From Methanoculleus sp. (GTDB lineage: Archaea; Halobacteriota; Methanomicrobia; Methanomicrobiales; Methanoculleaceae), in contig DAIRGM010000009.1 in NCBI GenBank assembly GCA_036794525.1, positions 779 to 64,778 of the forward strand: a DNA stretch of 64,000 bases, written 5' to 3'. Each line of letters opens with the position of its first letter. Position 1 is the stretch's first letter. Shown here piece after piece: positions 36,361 through 45,415 of this stretch. The position numbers and the translations under genes were made by a program. The notes below the pieces were generated by a model. It had not been told where the DNA came from and searched no databases. It saw only the letters and a list, made by a program, of their open reading frames with translations.

Positions 36361-37401
36361 ATGAAGAAGTCTCAGTGGAAGTGGCTGATCGTCTCGCTCA
36401 GTTTCAGCGCTCTTGTCATGGTGGGCGTTCTCTACTTCACCGTCAACGAGTCGACGATCGAGTACCTCGGCCGGATCAACCCGTACTACCTGGTTCTTGG
36501 CGCCCTCCTCCATCTTCTCTCGCTCGGGTTCTGGGCGCTCCGCATCCAGAAGATGTCGGCGTCGCTCGGCTACCGGGTACACCTCACCCACTGCATGAAC
36601 CTGGTTCTGGCGAACCTGCTCGTCGCGGCGGTAACCCCGTCCCAGGCGGGCGGGGAACCGGTCCGGATTCACGAACTCTACCGGGCGGGCGTTCCGGTCG
36701 GGGACGCCACCGCCGTCGTCATCATGGAGCGGATCCTCGACGGGATCATCCTCGGGGTGCTCGGGGCGTTCGCCATGCTCTTCCTCGGCAACTACTGGAG
36801 CAGCCTCGCCTCGGGGTTCAGCGGGCTGAGCGCCCTGATGTACGCCGCCTGGATCTTCGTCACCCTCTTCGTGCTGGTCTTCGTCTACTCGGTGAAGAAC
36901 CCGGACCACCTCAAACGGGCCCTCAAGTGGGTGTCGCGGTGGATCGACCGGCGATGGCACTTAAAGCGGCTCGAGAGCCTGCTTGAAGCGATCGACCGGG
37001 AGGTGGACAACTTCAACAAAGGCCTTGTCAAGTTCGTGAACCACGGGAAGAGCGGTCTCGTATGGGGGATGTTCTTCACCCTGCTCTTCTGGGTCTCGGA
37101 GTTCGTCGTCGCATCGCTGCTGCTCATCGGCCTCGGGCAGCCCCCGTATTTCATCGAGTCGTTCGTCGTCCAGCTCGTCCTCGCCATCATCATGATGATC
37201 CCGCTCACCCCGGGCGGCTCGGGCGTTGCGGAGATCGGCGCCACGTCGCTCTACAGCCTCTTCGTCCCGTCGGCGATCGTGGGCGTCTTCGTCCTCCTCT
37301 GGCGGCTGATCTTCTACTACCTGAACATCCTCCTCGGTGTCCTGTCGAGTCTCATCATTGTCCGGCGCGAGTTTCTTGCCCGCGCCAGAAAGCAGCGGTG
37401 A
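36361..37401 (+). CDS. integral membrane protein, flippase-like / LPG-synthase-TM (UPF0104) family
   Basis: 346 aa, about 8 predicted TM helices. ..PSQAGGEPVRI.. and ..TPGGSGVAE.. motifs characteristic of UPF0104-type proteins (from memory). Confidence 0.6.
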   Translation: MKKSQWKWLIVSLSFSALVMVGVLYFTVNESTIEYLGRINPYYLVLGALLHLLSLGFWALRIQKMSASLGYRVHLTHCMNLVLANLLVAAVTPSQAGGEPVRIHELYRAGVPVGDATAVVIMERILDGIILGVLGAFAMLFLGNYWSSLASGFSGLSALMYAAWIFVTLFVLVFVYSVKNPDHLKRALKWVSRWIDRRWHLKRLESLLEAIDREVDNFNKGLVKFVNHGKSGLVWGMFFTLLFWVSEFVVASLLLIGLGQPPYFIESFVVQLVLAIIMMIPLTPGGSGVAEIGATSLYSLFVPSAIVGVFVLLWRLIFYYLNILLGVLSSLIIVRREFLARARKQR

Positions 37402-37432
37402 TTGACCCCAAGGTTTAAGCATCAGAAGGCTG

Positions 37433-37894
37433 ATGTCCGGTGATCACATGACGACTCAAAGCTGCAGGGTGCAGGGCGTGTTCATGTCGGTGAGCGAGAT
37501 GGGAGCAGCACCGACCGTTATCCTGGATGCCGGGAGCGACAGCACGATACCCATCTACGTCGGGCTCTGGGAGGCGATCTCGATCAGCAACGCGCTCAAC
37601 AGCGAGATGCTCCCCCGCCCCATCACCCACGATCTCATCGTTGAGATGTTCCGGAGCTTTGAGATATCGCTCGATTCTCTGCACATCGATTCTCTGGAGG
37701 AGGGGGTCTTCTATGCCAAACTCCATCTGCGGCAGGGGTCGCGAACCGAGATCATGGATTGCCGGCCGAGCGACGGGATAGCCATCGCTCTGCGTTACCG
37801 GGCGCCGATCATGATCGAGGATACGGTCGTGGAGACGGCGGCGGTGAAGAAGGACGATCTCCCGAGGATGGTCGACCTGAAAGAGTATCTCTGA
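37433..37894 (+). CDS. bifunctional nuclease family protein (DUF151)
   Basis: 153 aa. ..IYVGLWEAISI..AL......RP.THDL....F.. motif. The start may be an internal Met. Confidence 0.7.
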   Translation: MSGDHMTTQSCRVQGVFMSVSEMGAAPTVILDAGSDSTIPIYVGLWEAISISNALNSEMLPRPITHDLIVEMFRSFEISLDSLHIDSLEEGVFYAKLHLRQGSRTEIMDCRPSDGIAIALRYRAPIMIEDTVVETAAVKKDDLPRMVDLKEYL

Positions 37895-38197
37895 TTACTT
37901 CCGGCGCGCTGCAAGTTCGTCGAGCACGTCGCCGACATCGGTGCCGGATGCCTGGAGCGCCACCAGCAGGTGGAAGAGAAGATCGGCCGCCTCAGAGACC
38001 GTCCTCTCCGGGACCTGGTTCTTCGCGGCAAGGATGAACTCGACCGCCTCTTCACCGACCTTTTCGAGGGATTTGTCGACCCCTTTCCGGTGGGTCAGGA
38101 CGGAACTGACGTAGCTCTCGCTCGACGGGTGTTCCGCCCGGTCCTGGATGACCTGCCAGACCTCTTCGAGGATATCCCAGTCACGCATGGGCATCAC
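37895..38197 (-). CDS. hisE: phosphoribosyl-ATP pyrophosphatase
   Basis: 100 aa. ..SYVSSVL..G.DK.L.KVGEEA.EF.LAAKN....... EAADLLFHLLV.L.., the MazG-like HisE pattern. Confidence 0.85.
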   Translation of the reverse strand: MMPMRDWDILEEVWQVIQDRAEHPSSESYVSSVLTHRKGVDKSLEKVGEEAVEFILAAKNQVPERTVSEAADLLFHLLVALQASGTDVGDVLDELAARRK

Positions 38198-38621
38198 CTC
38201 CCGCGAGCACCTCGCCGAGTTCGGTATCGAAGTACCGGGAGAGGAAGACCCGTGCCTTCTCGATGGTGCATCCGCCTTTTCCTATGGCGATGCCGAGGTC
38301 GCTTTCGCTGACATACACCGTGAGCTTCCCGTCGTCTCTCTTCGCGACGCCGATGACGGCGGCAGGCTTGAAGACGTTCTTCGCGAACTGCTCGATCTCC
38401 GGGGAGTACTCGACCATCTCGATGCGTTTTCCAAGAACTCTCTGCATCTTCCTGATATTGCTCCCCTGCCGGCCGATGGCGAGACCCATGTCTCCTTCTT
38501 TTATGAGGTATACTATGCGGTCGAAGCGCTCGTCGATGATGCAGTCGAGCGCAGTCGCCCGGGTAAGAATTCTCAACTCTTCGATATATCTTCGTTCTTT
38601 AAAGCATATGGTTCGTATCAT
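38181..38621 (-). CDS. nusA: archaeal NusA-like transcription termination/KH-domain protein
   Basis: ORF 38181..39035. The real protein starts at MIRTICFKERRYIEEL (ATG 38621). Two KH motifs (GLAIGRQGSNIRK, GIAIGKGGCTIEK). The upstream 138 codons translate the repeat array and are rejected. Confidence 0.85.
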   Translation of the reverse strand: MIRTICFKERRYIEELRILTRATALDCIIDERFDRIVYLIKEGDMGLAIGRQGSNIRKMQRVLGKRIEMVEYSPEIEQFAKNVFKPAAVIGVAKRDDGKLTVYVSESDLGIAIGKGGCTIEKARVFLSRYFDTELGEVLAGGDAHA

Positions 38622-38910
38622 TGAAGCGGTCCCCAATGGGAATGATGCGGTATGATATAGTCGCTCGCGGGATATATATCTGAGTGACTTGCTCCCACGA
38701 CTAAAGTCGTGGGCTTTCTGCCTGGTTGATCGTAACCCGGGCGTCGGGGGGAGGAGCCCGGCGGAGAGGATTGCGCCCGATTTTTCACCCGGTCGGTGCT
38801 TCTCTTGGTGCTGTGAGGATCCGGGGCTGCCCGGGCCGGGAGCAAAGGGGGGTGTGCGATTTTTCCTCCTGGGGGAATGGGGGTTATTGATATCCTTTTG
38901 TATAAGGCGG

Positions 38911-39092
38911 AGACAGGGGAGGGGGATGCTTCCCCTCCCCGTCGGCCCCGCCCCCAATGGCGATATCCCCACGGTCCACTGCATGGGAAGGCTCTGGAGA
39001 AGAACCGTGCACGGCTTTCCCCCGGGTATCGCCACGCACTGCCCCCGCCCCTCGGGGCGGGGGAGGAGGCCGAAGGCCGGGCGGGGTGGGGG
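38911..39092 (+). repeat. GC-rich structured interspersed repeat, copy D (short variable segment)
   Basis: Same arms as copy B, same orientation. The variable segment is only about 15 nt. Confidence 0.85.
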
Positions 39093-39120
39093 CTAAAGAT
39101 GTTCTGGATAGGTAGAGACA

Positions 39121-39339
39121 CAGTACTTCGCTACATTGTTTGAGAACGTCCTCAGGAGGTCAAACCGTCGACTTCCCTTCGCGTTCTTCGCGACTTCGCG
39201 TGCGTTTTCAGCACAGGAGGTGAGAGAGCCTCACGCGAAAGACGCGAAGTCGCGAAGTCCGGGGGTTGCTAACTCCGGGTTAAGTCGTCGCGCGAGGCCG
39301 TATCACTCGATGCCGGATGTCAAAATTAGCGAAGTACTG
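39121..39339. mobile_element. 219-bp MITE-like insertion with perfect 13-bp terminal inverted repeats and 5-bp direct duplication
   Basis: Left end CAGTACTTCGCTA (39121-39133). The right end TAGCGAAGTACTG (39327-39339) is its exact reverse complement. Flanked by AGACA at 39116-39120 and 39340-39344. No ORF inside. Confidence 0.7.
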
Positions 39340-39543
39340 AGACAGGGGAGGGGGTGAACCCCCTCCCCGCGGGCCGCCGCCCCCAATGGCGATATCCCCA
39401 CGGTCCACTGCTTGGGGAGATACTGGAATGGGTGTAATCCTGATTCCCCTCCCGTGACACGGCTTCCCACTGGCTATCGCCACACACTGCCCCCGCCCCT
39501 CGTGGGCGGGGGAGGAGGCCGAAGGCCGGGCGGGGGGTGGGGG
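39340..39543 (+). repeat. GC-rich structured interspersed repeat, copy E (full length)
   Basis: AGACAGGGGAGGGGG-TGAA-CCCCCTCCCC hairpin, conserved core, 31-nt variable segment, full 3' arm. Confidence 0.85.
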
Positions 39544-39568
39544 TTACAAGTGCCCGTGTACAAGGTGG

Positions 39569-39583
39569 AGACAGGGGTGGGGG
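39569..39583 (+). repeat. truncated start of a further repeat unit (copy F)
   Basis: AGACAGGGGTGGGGG, 229 nt after the start of copy E (same period as array 1), then the similarity is lost. Confidence 0.4.
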
Positions 39584-39694
39584 TTACAGGGAGAAAGCGA
39601 TAGGTTCTGCCGACAGGGAAGGCGAGCCGGATCCATCCTCCGAACCCCGTATCCTCCGGACGGCGGCCCGCACCCGGAGGCGCGAAAAATCCCA

Positions 39695-41128
39695 CTAGCA
39701 CTTCTGCAGGATCATCTTGATCGCCGCCCCTTCGCCTGGTTTGCCGGGAACCCGGTCGGCCGCCCAGACGCGTCCGCCGTAGCGGGTCACGAGGGTCTTG
39801 ACGATGTGAAGCCCGAGACCCCTGCCTCCGGAGGGGGTTTTGCTCCCCTCACGGCTGAAACGGTCGAAGATGTTCGGCTTTGCGTGATCCGGTATGCCGA
39901 TGCCGGTGTCGGCGATGCTGAGCATCACGGTGTCGGCGGTCTCCATGACGGATATATCGATCCTGACCTTCATGCCGCCGAACTTGATGCTGTTGCTGAT
40001 CAGGTTCGATACGGTGTGCTCAAGAAGGGGGTTTGCCCAGACCATGCAGGTCCCCCCCTCATACCGGATATCGATGCCCGCATACCGGTGCACCTGATCG
40101 CGGATGGTGGCGGAGAGGTCGACCGGCTCCAGGCGGATGCTGTGCCTGTCGAGCGTGGTCAGCAGTTCGACGTTCTTGATGACGTTGATCCCCTGCTCGA
40201 TCGTGATCTTGACCCTCTGGGCGAGTTCCGCCTCCTCGCCGGAGAGCCGGTCGCGGAGCATCTCGATGATCGTTGCCGCAACCATGCTGGTATTGTAGAT
40301 ATCGGTGCCGAGCAGGTCGAGGTAGAGGCTGGAGAGCCGGCTGGCCTGTTCGCAGGCGATCTCCCGGGTGAGATCCCGGCCCACCCCGGTCGCGGCCACG
40401 GTCCTCCCGGAAGCGTTGTGCAGGGGATGGATGGCGATCTGCACCGACCGCTCCTCATCGCGCCATGAGAACGACCGGGTCTCCGCTACAGTCTCCCCCG
40501 TCTCGATGACCCGGGACGCCGCCCCAACCAGAAAGTCAGCCTCTTCCGGCGGAAACAAGGCGTAGGGCGTCTTGCCCACGATTTCATCCGGGTTTACGCC
40601 CAGGTTCCAGCCGCCGCCCCAGAAGAACTGGGTGAAGATGCCGTCCCCATCGAGGGTGAAGATCATGTCGGGCAGGGCGCTCGCCAGGATCTGCACCTGC
40701 TCCTCCGGCACGCCGCGGGACTCGTCGGCCGCCTCCTCGTGCGGGGCCTCGCGGAAGGTCTCGACCGCACCTATCTGCCGACCGCCGGTATCATAGAGGG
40801 GGGCTGCCACACAAACGGCCGTTCTCCCGGAGAACGCGGGGATCTGCGACTCAGCAAGCAATTCTTCGCCTTCGTGGTGCAGCAGGCGGTAATGGGCGCT
40901 CCCGGCATCCTCGTGAGTCAGGATGCTGTTTGCCAGTGTGGGGCATGCCTCGCCGAACAACGCCTTTCCATGAGCGTACCCGCCTTTTCCCACGATCTCT
41001 TCCGCCGGGACGCCGGTGGACCGCTCCATGCTCTCATTCCAGACGATCACCCGCCCCTCGCAGTCGAGGACGAGCGTCGGCTGCTGGAGGTGGGCGAAGA
41101 TACTCACGGGTATCTGGCTGTGGTTCAT
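39695..41128 (-). CDS. PAS-domain sensor histidine kinase
   Basis: ORF 39695..41287. Start set at MNHSQIP (ATG 41128). Two PAS-like segments, a dimerisation region, and an HATPase_c domain (..NLISNSIKF.., ..DTGIGI.., ..GGRGLGL..). No TM segment and no adjacent response regulator. Confidence 0.8.
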   Translation of the reverse strand: MNHSQIPVSIFAHLQQPTLVLDCEGRVIVWNESMERSTGVPAEEIVGKGGYAHGKALFGEACPTLANSILTHEDAGSAHYRLLHHEGEELLAESQIPAFSGRTAVCVAAPLYDTGGRQIGAVETFREAPHEEAADESRGVPEEQVQILASALPDMIFTLDGDGIFTQFFWGGGWNLGVNPDEIVGKTPYALFPPEEADFLVGAASRVIETGETVAETRSFSWRDEERSVQIAIHPLHNASGRTVAATGVGRDLTREIACEQASRLSSLYLDLLGTDIYNTSMVAATIIEMLRDRLSGEEAELAQRVKITIEQGINVIKNVELLTTLDRHSIRLEPVDLSATIRDQVHRYAGIDIRYEGGTCMVWANPLLEHTVSNLISNSIKFGGMKVRIDISVMETADTVMLSIADTGIGIPDHAKPNIFDRFSREGSKTPSGGRGLGLHIVKTLVTRYGGRVWAADRVPGKPGEGAAIKMILQKC

Positions 41129-41546
41129 GGATTCACTGACCCTTTTCTGTTCTATCTTCACCGTATCACCCGGGAACTGTTCTCGTCCCGCAACGCCGCG
41201 AGAAGGCTCTCTCGCCCGAAACTCCGGGTGAGCCCTCCATGGCGGCCGATGTACGCCCCTGTATATCACTGTTCGGGGCGAACGCACAGGAAAAATGTCT
41301 GGAGCGGTCGCTTAAAAGAGTGTCTATTTATCTTCTGCGAAATATACTATCAAAAAGATTGATTATTTATACCTTCCCAGTTCGTTCTCCCACTAATCAG
41401 AAAGAATTCCCACAACCGCTCTATCCTGTTTGAGTATCGCCATAAACAGCCGCATTTATTCGTCTGCCGGGATCGGGTGCCGGAACGCGAACCTGACAGA
41501 TTGCGTCTATCGCGTAGATTAATATTTGAGTATTCGCAGATCATAG

Positions 41547-42251
41547 TTGATGTTCGGACGTTACAGGGACACTTTCCACCAGGAATCCGGCGATATTATG
41601 GTGGAAGCCGAGAGCGTCGAGGGTCTCCTGACCTACCGGCGCAGGTGCGAAGGAAAGACGTTCGAGCGGATCCTGGTCTTGAATACCGGCGAGGTGATCA
41701 TCAATCCGGTCGAACCGGTCAACCTCCCAAAAGAGATCACGAACTTCCTGCAGATGGAGTTCTCCCCGATGATGATCGAGCCCGGCGCCTCCCGGACGGT
41801 CTACCTGAAGTTCCCCGTCGAGATCGGCGTCTTCGTGGAGTCCAAAAAGGATATCGAGGTGCTGGACGTCTTTGCTCGCGGCAGCCAGAAATACGCGCTC
41901 TACGGTTCGCCGACGACCGGGGTCATCGCGCGGTGGTACCGGAGCGCGGTCTACCCGGCGGTTCCTCCCGTCGAAGGCTTCTGCGAGGGCGTGATGGAAC
42001 TTTCCATCCATAACGCGTCCCACGAGTGGGTGGAGGTCTCCACCGCCGTCTTCGAGAGCGTCGATATGAAGATCTACTACGGCGACTTCGTGGCCGCCAC
42101 CGCTACGATGAAGATTCTCAGCCCGGGTCTGGCGGAGACGGACTTCATCGACGCCCCGCTCCGGCCCGGGATGGTGAAGTCCGTCGAACTGTATACCGCC
42201 CGCAAGCTCCCGGTGATCAACCGGGGATACCTGATGGAGTGGGGTTTCTGA
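41547..42251 (+). CDS. conserved archaeal hypothetical protein (possibly DUF432 family)
   Basis: 234 aa, soluble. The family name is from memory only. Its stop overlaps the MscS start (TGATG). Confidence 0.4.
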   Translation: MMFGRYRDTFHQESGDIMVEAESVEGLLTYRRRCEGKTFERILVLNTGEVIINPVEPVNLPKEITNFLQMEFSPMMIEPGASRTVYLKFPVEIGVFVESKKDIEVLDVFARGSQKYALYGSPTTGVIARWYRSAVYPAVPPVEGFCEGVMELSIHNASHEWVEVSTAVFESVDMKIYYGDFVAATATMKILSPGLAETDFIDAPLRPGMVKSVELYTARKLPVINRGYLMEWGF

Positions 42252-43102
42252 TGGCGTTCAACATGACGGAGATCCTGGAGATCCCGATCGGCGTCGGCGA
42301 CATCACCGTCGAACGTATCCTGTACTTCGCCATCATCCTCACGATCGGCGTCATCATAGCAAAGGTCGTCGCGACGAACTTCCGGAGGATCCTCGCCGAG
42401 CGGCTGCCCAAGAACGAGCGCGAGTTGCTCACGAAGCTGGTCTACTACGGCATCATCGTCTGGGCGTTCGTCGTCGCTCTCCCGCAGCTCAACTTCGACC
42501 TCTCCGGCCTCCTGGTGGCCGGGGGAATCGTCGGCCTGGTCATCGGTTTTGCGAGCCAGAGCGTCGTCTCCAACCTGATCTCCGGGCTCTTTTTGATGTT
42601 CGAGCACCCGATCCGGATCGGCGACAACATCAACGTCGCCGACGTGAGCGGGAGTGTCGAGGATGTCCGCGTTCTCTCGACGGTCATCAAGACCTACGAC
42701 GGGATCTACATCCGGATCCCGAACGAGAAGGTCTTCACCTCGAACATCACGAACTACGTCCACAACGCAGCCCGGAGGTTCGAATACCAGATCGGCATCC
42801 GGTATCAGGACGATGCGAACGAGGCGATCCGGATTGCCGAGGAGGTCATCGAGAAGCACCCCTTCGCGCTCAAGAGCCCGGCGCCGTCGGTCTTCGTCGA
42901 TAACCTGGGGGACAACAGCGTCAACCTGACTGCCTACATCTGGGCCCCGGCCCGGAACTGGTGGGACGTCCGGACGGATCTCCTCTGGAAGATCAAACTG
43001 GCGCTCGAAGAGAACGGCATCGAGATCCCCTTCCCGCAGCGCACCGTCTGGTTCGCGGACGGCCTTGAGGTGAAGGGCGGCTCTGCCGAAAAGAACGAAT
43101 AA
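42251..43102 (+). CDS. small-conductance mechanosensitive channel (MscS family)
   Basis: ORF 42026..43102. Start at MAFNMTEILE (ATG 42251). Three TM helices, then ..GFASQSVVSNLISGLFL.FE.P.RIGD.I.V....G.VE.V..L.T.... Confidence 0.88.
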   Translation: MAFNMTEILEIPIGVGDITVERILYFAIILTIGVIIAKVVATNFRRILAERLPKNERELLTKLVYYGIIVWAFVVALPQLNFDLSGLLVAGGIVGLVIGFASQSVVSNLISGLFLMFEHPIRIGDNINVADVSGSVEDVRVLSTVIKTYDGIYIRIPNEKVFTSNITNYVHNAARRFEYQIGIRYQDDANEAIRIAEEVIEKHPFALKSPAPSVFVDNLGDNSVNLTAYIWAPARNWWDVRTDLLWKIKLALEENGIEIPFPQRTVWFADGLEVKGGSAEKNE

Positions 43103-43109
43103 CTTTTTT

Positions 43110-43775
43110 TCAGCCCAACCGGTGCACCTTTCCGACGCCGCCGGGCAAGAACGACCCCGGGTAGCGCTCCGCGAGTTCCCCGATCCGGTCGGTGCAGTGC
43201 GACACCGAGAGGTACGCCACCCCTGCGAGCGCGTCGATGTCCTCGCCGGAGACGGTGTGGACCCCGCCGATGATGCCCCGAACCGGCCCGACCTCCGAGA
43301 CCCGCTCGATGATTCGGCCGATGTGGGGATGTGCGCACCCGGTGACGACCAGATAACCGCCCGGCGTCGATAATACGAGCGACTGCTCCCGGATATCCGT
43401 TCCGAGCGGCCCGGTCACGGCGATGCCGTTCGCGATCTCCGTCCACCCAGAAACGATCCGCGGCTCGGTATACTTCCGGATCAGCGAGAGCGTCGTTTCC
43501 GAGAATGCGTCGTGGACATAGACCTCAATCGCCGGGTTTGCAGCAAGAACCGCTTCGATGCCGCCGGTATGGTCCCAGTGGTCGTGGGAGAGGACGAGGC
43601 GCCGGATGCCCGCAGGATCGATGCCGAGCGCCCGCATATTGAATACGAGCACGTCTCCTTTAGCCCCGGTGTCGAAGAGCAGCCCCGCCTCCTCTATCTG
43701 GCAGGAGAACCCCCAGTCCGCCGTGAGCCCCTCCCGGCAGGGGATGTTGTTGTAGACTTCGGTCACCACGAACAT
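43110..43775 (-). CDS. MBL-fold metallo-hydrolase (family of the methanopterin-pathway beta-RFA-P-related enzyme MJ0301?)
   Basis: ORF 43110..43814. Start at MFVVTEVYNN (ATG 43775). SHDHWDHTGG metal motif and ..TGCAHP... The specific function is a guess. Confidence 0.6.
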   Translation of the reverse strand: MFVVTEVYNNIPCREGLTADWGFSCQIEEAGLLFDTGAKGDVLVFNMRALGIDPAGIRRLVLSHDHWDHTGGIEAVLAANPAIEVYVHDAFSETTLSLIRKYTEPRIVSGWTEIANGIAVTGPLGTDIREQSLVLSTPGGYLVVTGCAHPHIGRIIERVSEVGPVRGIIGGVHTVSGEDIDALAGVAYLSVSHCTDRIGELAERYPGSFLPGGVGKVHRLG

Positions 43776-43879
43776 AGAAGAGACTCCCACTATTTGGTCT
43801 CTCCTCAGAGGCAATGATGCTTTCCGATGGGGCAGTCCGGGGTTCGGAGCCCCCGGATCTCGCAGACGAAAAGAGGTGA

Positions 43880-44626
43880 TCAGGAGATGATGTAGGAGAT
43901 GGAGACGGTGGCGGTCACGTCGATATCGCCGACCTCGAGCGGGGTTGCGACGGCTGAGCCCGCCGCCTTCTCCATCATATCGTAGCGACCGTCGTAGGCC
44001 ATGGGCACGTAGCTGCCGCCGACGTTGACCTCTTTGACGTCGAGGATGGTCTTGCCGATGGCCGCGGCGACGGCGTCGGCGTCACCCCGTGCCTGTGCGA
44101 CCGCGGCGGTCAGGGCCTGCGCCCGGAACTCCTGCTGCTTTGCGTCGCTCAGGGTGAACGCGAACCGGTTGACCTTGTTTGCACCGTTCGCGACCGCGAG
44201 GTCGACGATCTCGCCTGCGCGGTTCACGTCGTTCATCGTGACCTCGAGGCTGTTGACGACCCGGTAGTACTTGACCTTCGACGTTGTCAGGCCCCGGTTG
44301 TCGGTCTCGGTCACCGGGATGATGTTGTAGCCGGCGGTCCTGATATCCTTCTCCGGGATGCCCGCCCTCTTCAGTGCGTTGACCACGGCATCCATCCGCT
44401 CTGCGTTCTGCTGCTGTGCTGTCTTGACGTCGGTGTTCTCGGTCTCGACCGCGAAGACGACGACGGCCTGGTCGGGCGTGGTCGTCACTTTGCCCGTGCC
44501 GGAGACGTGGATCAGTTTGTCCTTGGACTCCTGCGGCAACTGTGCGGTGACGCTGCCGATCACCGCGGCGCAGAGAACCATCAGGGCGATCCCCAGAAGT
44601 GCTGCTTTTCCTCGCATAGGTATCAA
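43880..44626 (-). CDS. SIMPL (DUF541) domain-containing secreted protein
   Basis: 248 aa. Signal/anchor MIPMRGKAALLGIALMVLCAAV. ..V.GTG.V...PD.A.V.F.VET......A.......M..V...L...G I....I.T..Y.I.P, the SIMPL pattern. Confidence 0.75.
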   Translation of the reverse strand: MIPMRGKAALLGIALMVLCAAVIGSVTAQLPQESKDKLIHVSGTGKVTTTPDQAVVVFAVETENTDVKTAQQQNAERMDAVVNALKRAGIPEKDIRTAGYNIIPVTETDNRGLTTSKVKYYRVVNSLEVTMNDVNRAGEIVDLAVANGANKVNRFAFTLSDAKQQEFRAQALTAAVAQARGDADAVAAAIGKTILDVKEVNVGGSYVPMAYDGRYDMMEKAAGSAVATPLEVGDIDVTATVSISYIIS

Positions 44627-44738
44627 TCATCTCTTGAATTGGTCAAAATATATATCTTGCTTTAGCTACGAGAATTTTCGTAGTTTTAACCGGACGGATC
44701 AGGAAATCCGCCATTCCTCTCCGGAATCGAGGGGCAGT

Positions 44739-45377
44739 TCACTCGCCCCCGGCATCGTTCCGCCATCCGGCCGCCGCCACCAGGCGGGCGATCAGGACGG
44801 CGATGTAGAGCGTCCCGCTCACGGTCTCGAGCAGGGCGAGCGATCTGGCCTGGTCGGTGATCGGCGTGATGTCGCCGTAGCCGAGCGTCGCAAGGGTGAC
44901 GAAACTGAAGTAGACGAACGCAGGAAAGGCGAGCGTACCCTCTCCCGACTCGGCCGAGAACGATCCGGGGTTGATGCTCTCGACGAGATCGTAGGCCGTC
45001 GCCCAGGTGAGGCCCATGAGGAGGTAGACGGAGACCGCGCCGTAGATGGTGTCGGTGGTGATCCGTCGTGTCCCGAGCACCCTCGAGAGGCCGACAAGCG
45101 CGGTGAAGGCGTAGAAGAGGAGCGTAAAGACGCTCTCGACGGCGCCGGTGACGGGTTCGCCCGTGAGGACGTAGAGCCAGCCGAGGCCGAAGGCGGGCAC
45201 CGCGAGGAATGCGGCGATCACGACCTGCCTTCGGCGGTTGCTCACGGCGTAGACGCCGGTGATCAGGATGAAGGACGTGAGCACCTTCAGGGCGACCGGG
45301 CCGCTTGGCCCCGCGCTCACGTAAGGGTAGACGGCGAGCAGGAGGACGAGCGACGCGAGCAGGTAGTGGAACTGCAT
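44739..45377 (-). CDS. potassium channel protein (TxGYGD pore)
   Basis: ORF 44739..45515. Start at MQFHYLLAS (ATG 45377). About 6 hydrophobic segments. Selectivity filter TLATLGYGDITP. No RCK/TrkA domain. Confidence 0.8.
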   Translation of the reverse strand: MQFHYLLASLVLLLAVYPYVSAGPSGPVALKVLTSFILITGVYAVSNRRRQVVIAAFLAVPAFGLGWLYVLTGEPVTGAVESVFTLLFYAFTALVGLSRVLGTRRITTDTIYGAVSVYLLMGLTWATAYDLVESINPGSFSAESGEGTLAFPAFVYFSFVTLATLGYGDITPITDQARSLALLETVSGTLYIAVLIARLVAAAGWRNDAGGE

Positions 45378-45415
45378 CGCCCTGGCGCGGGCGAGATACC
45401 GGGAAAGAAGGCTCT

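Noticed and set aside
38705-38724. Perfect 8-bp hairpin CCCACGAC-TAAA-GTCGTGGG upstream of nusA, as a terminator or ncRNA end
   Set aside because: There is no upstream plus-strand gene or oligo-T tract to make it a terminator. It is an isolated observation without supporting context.
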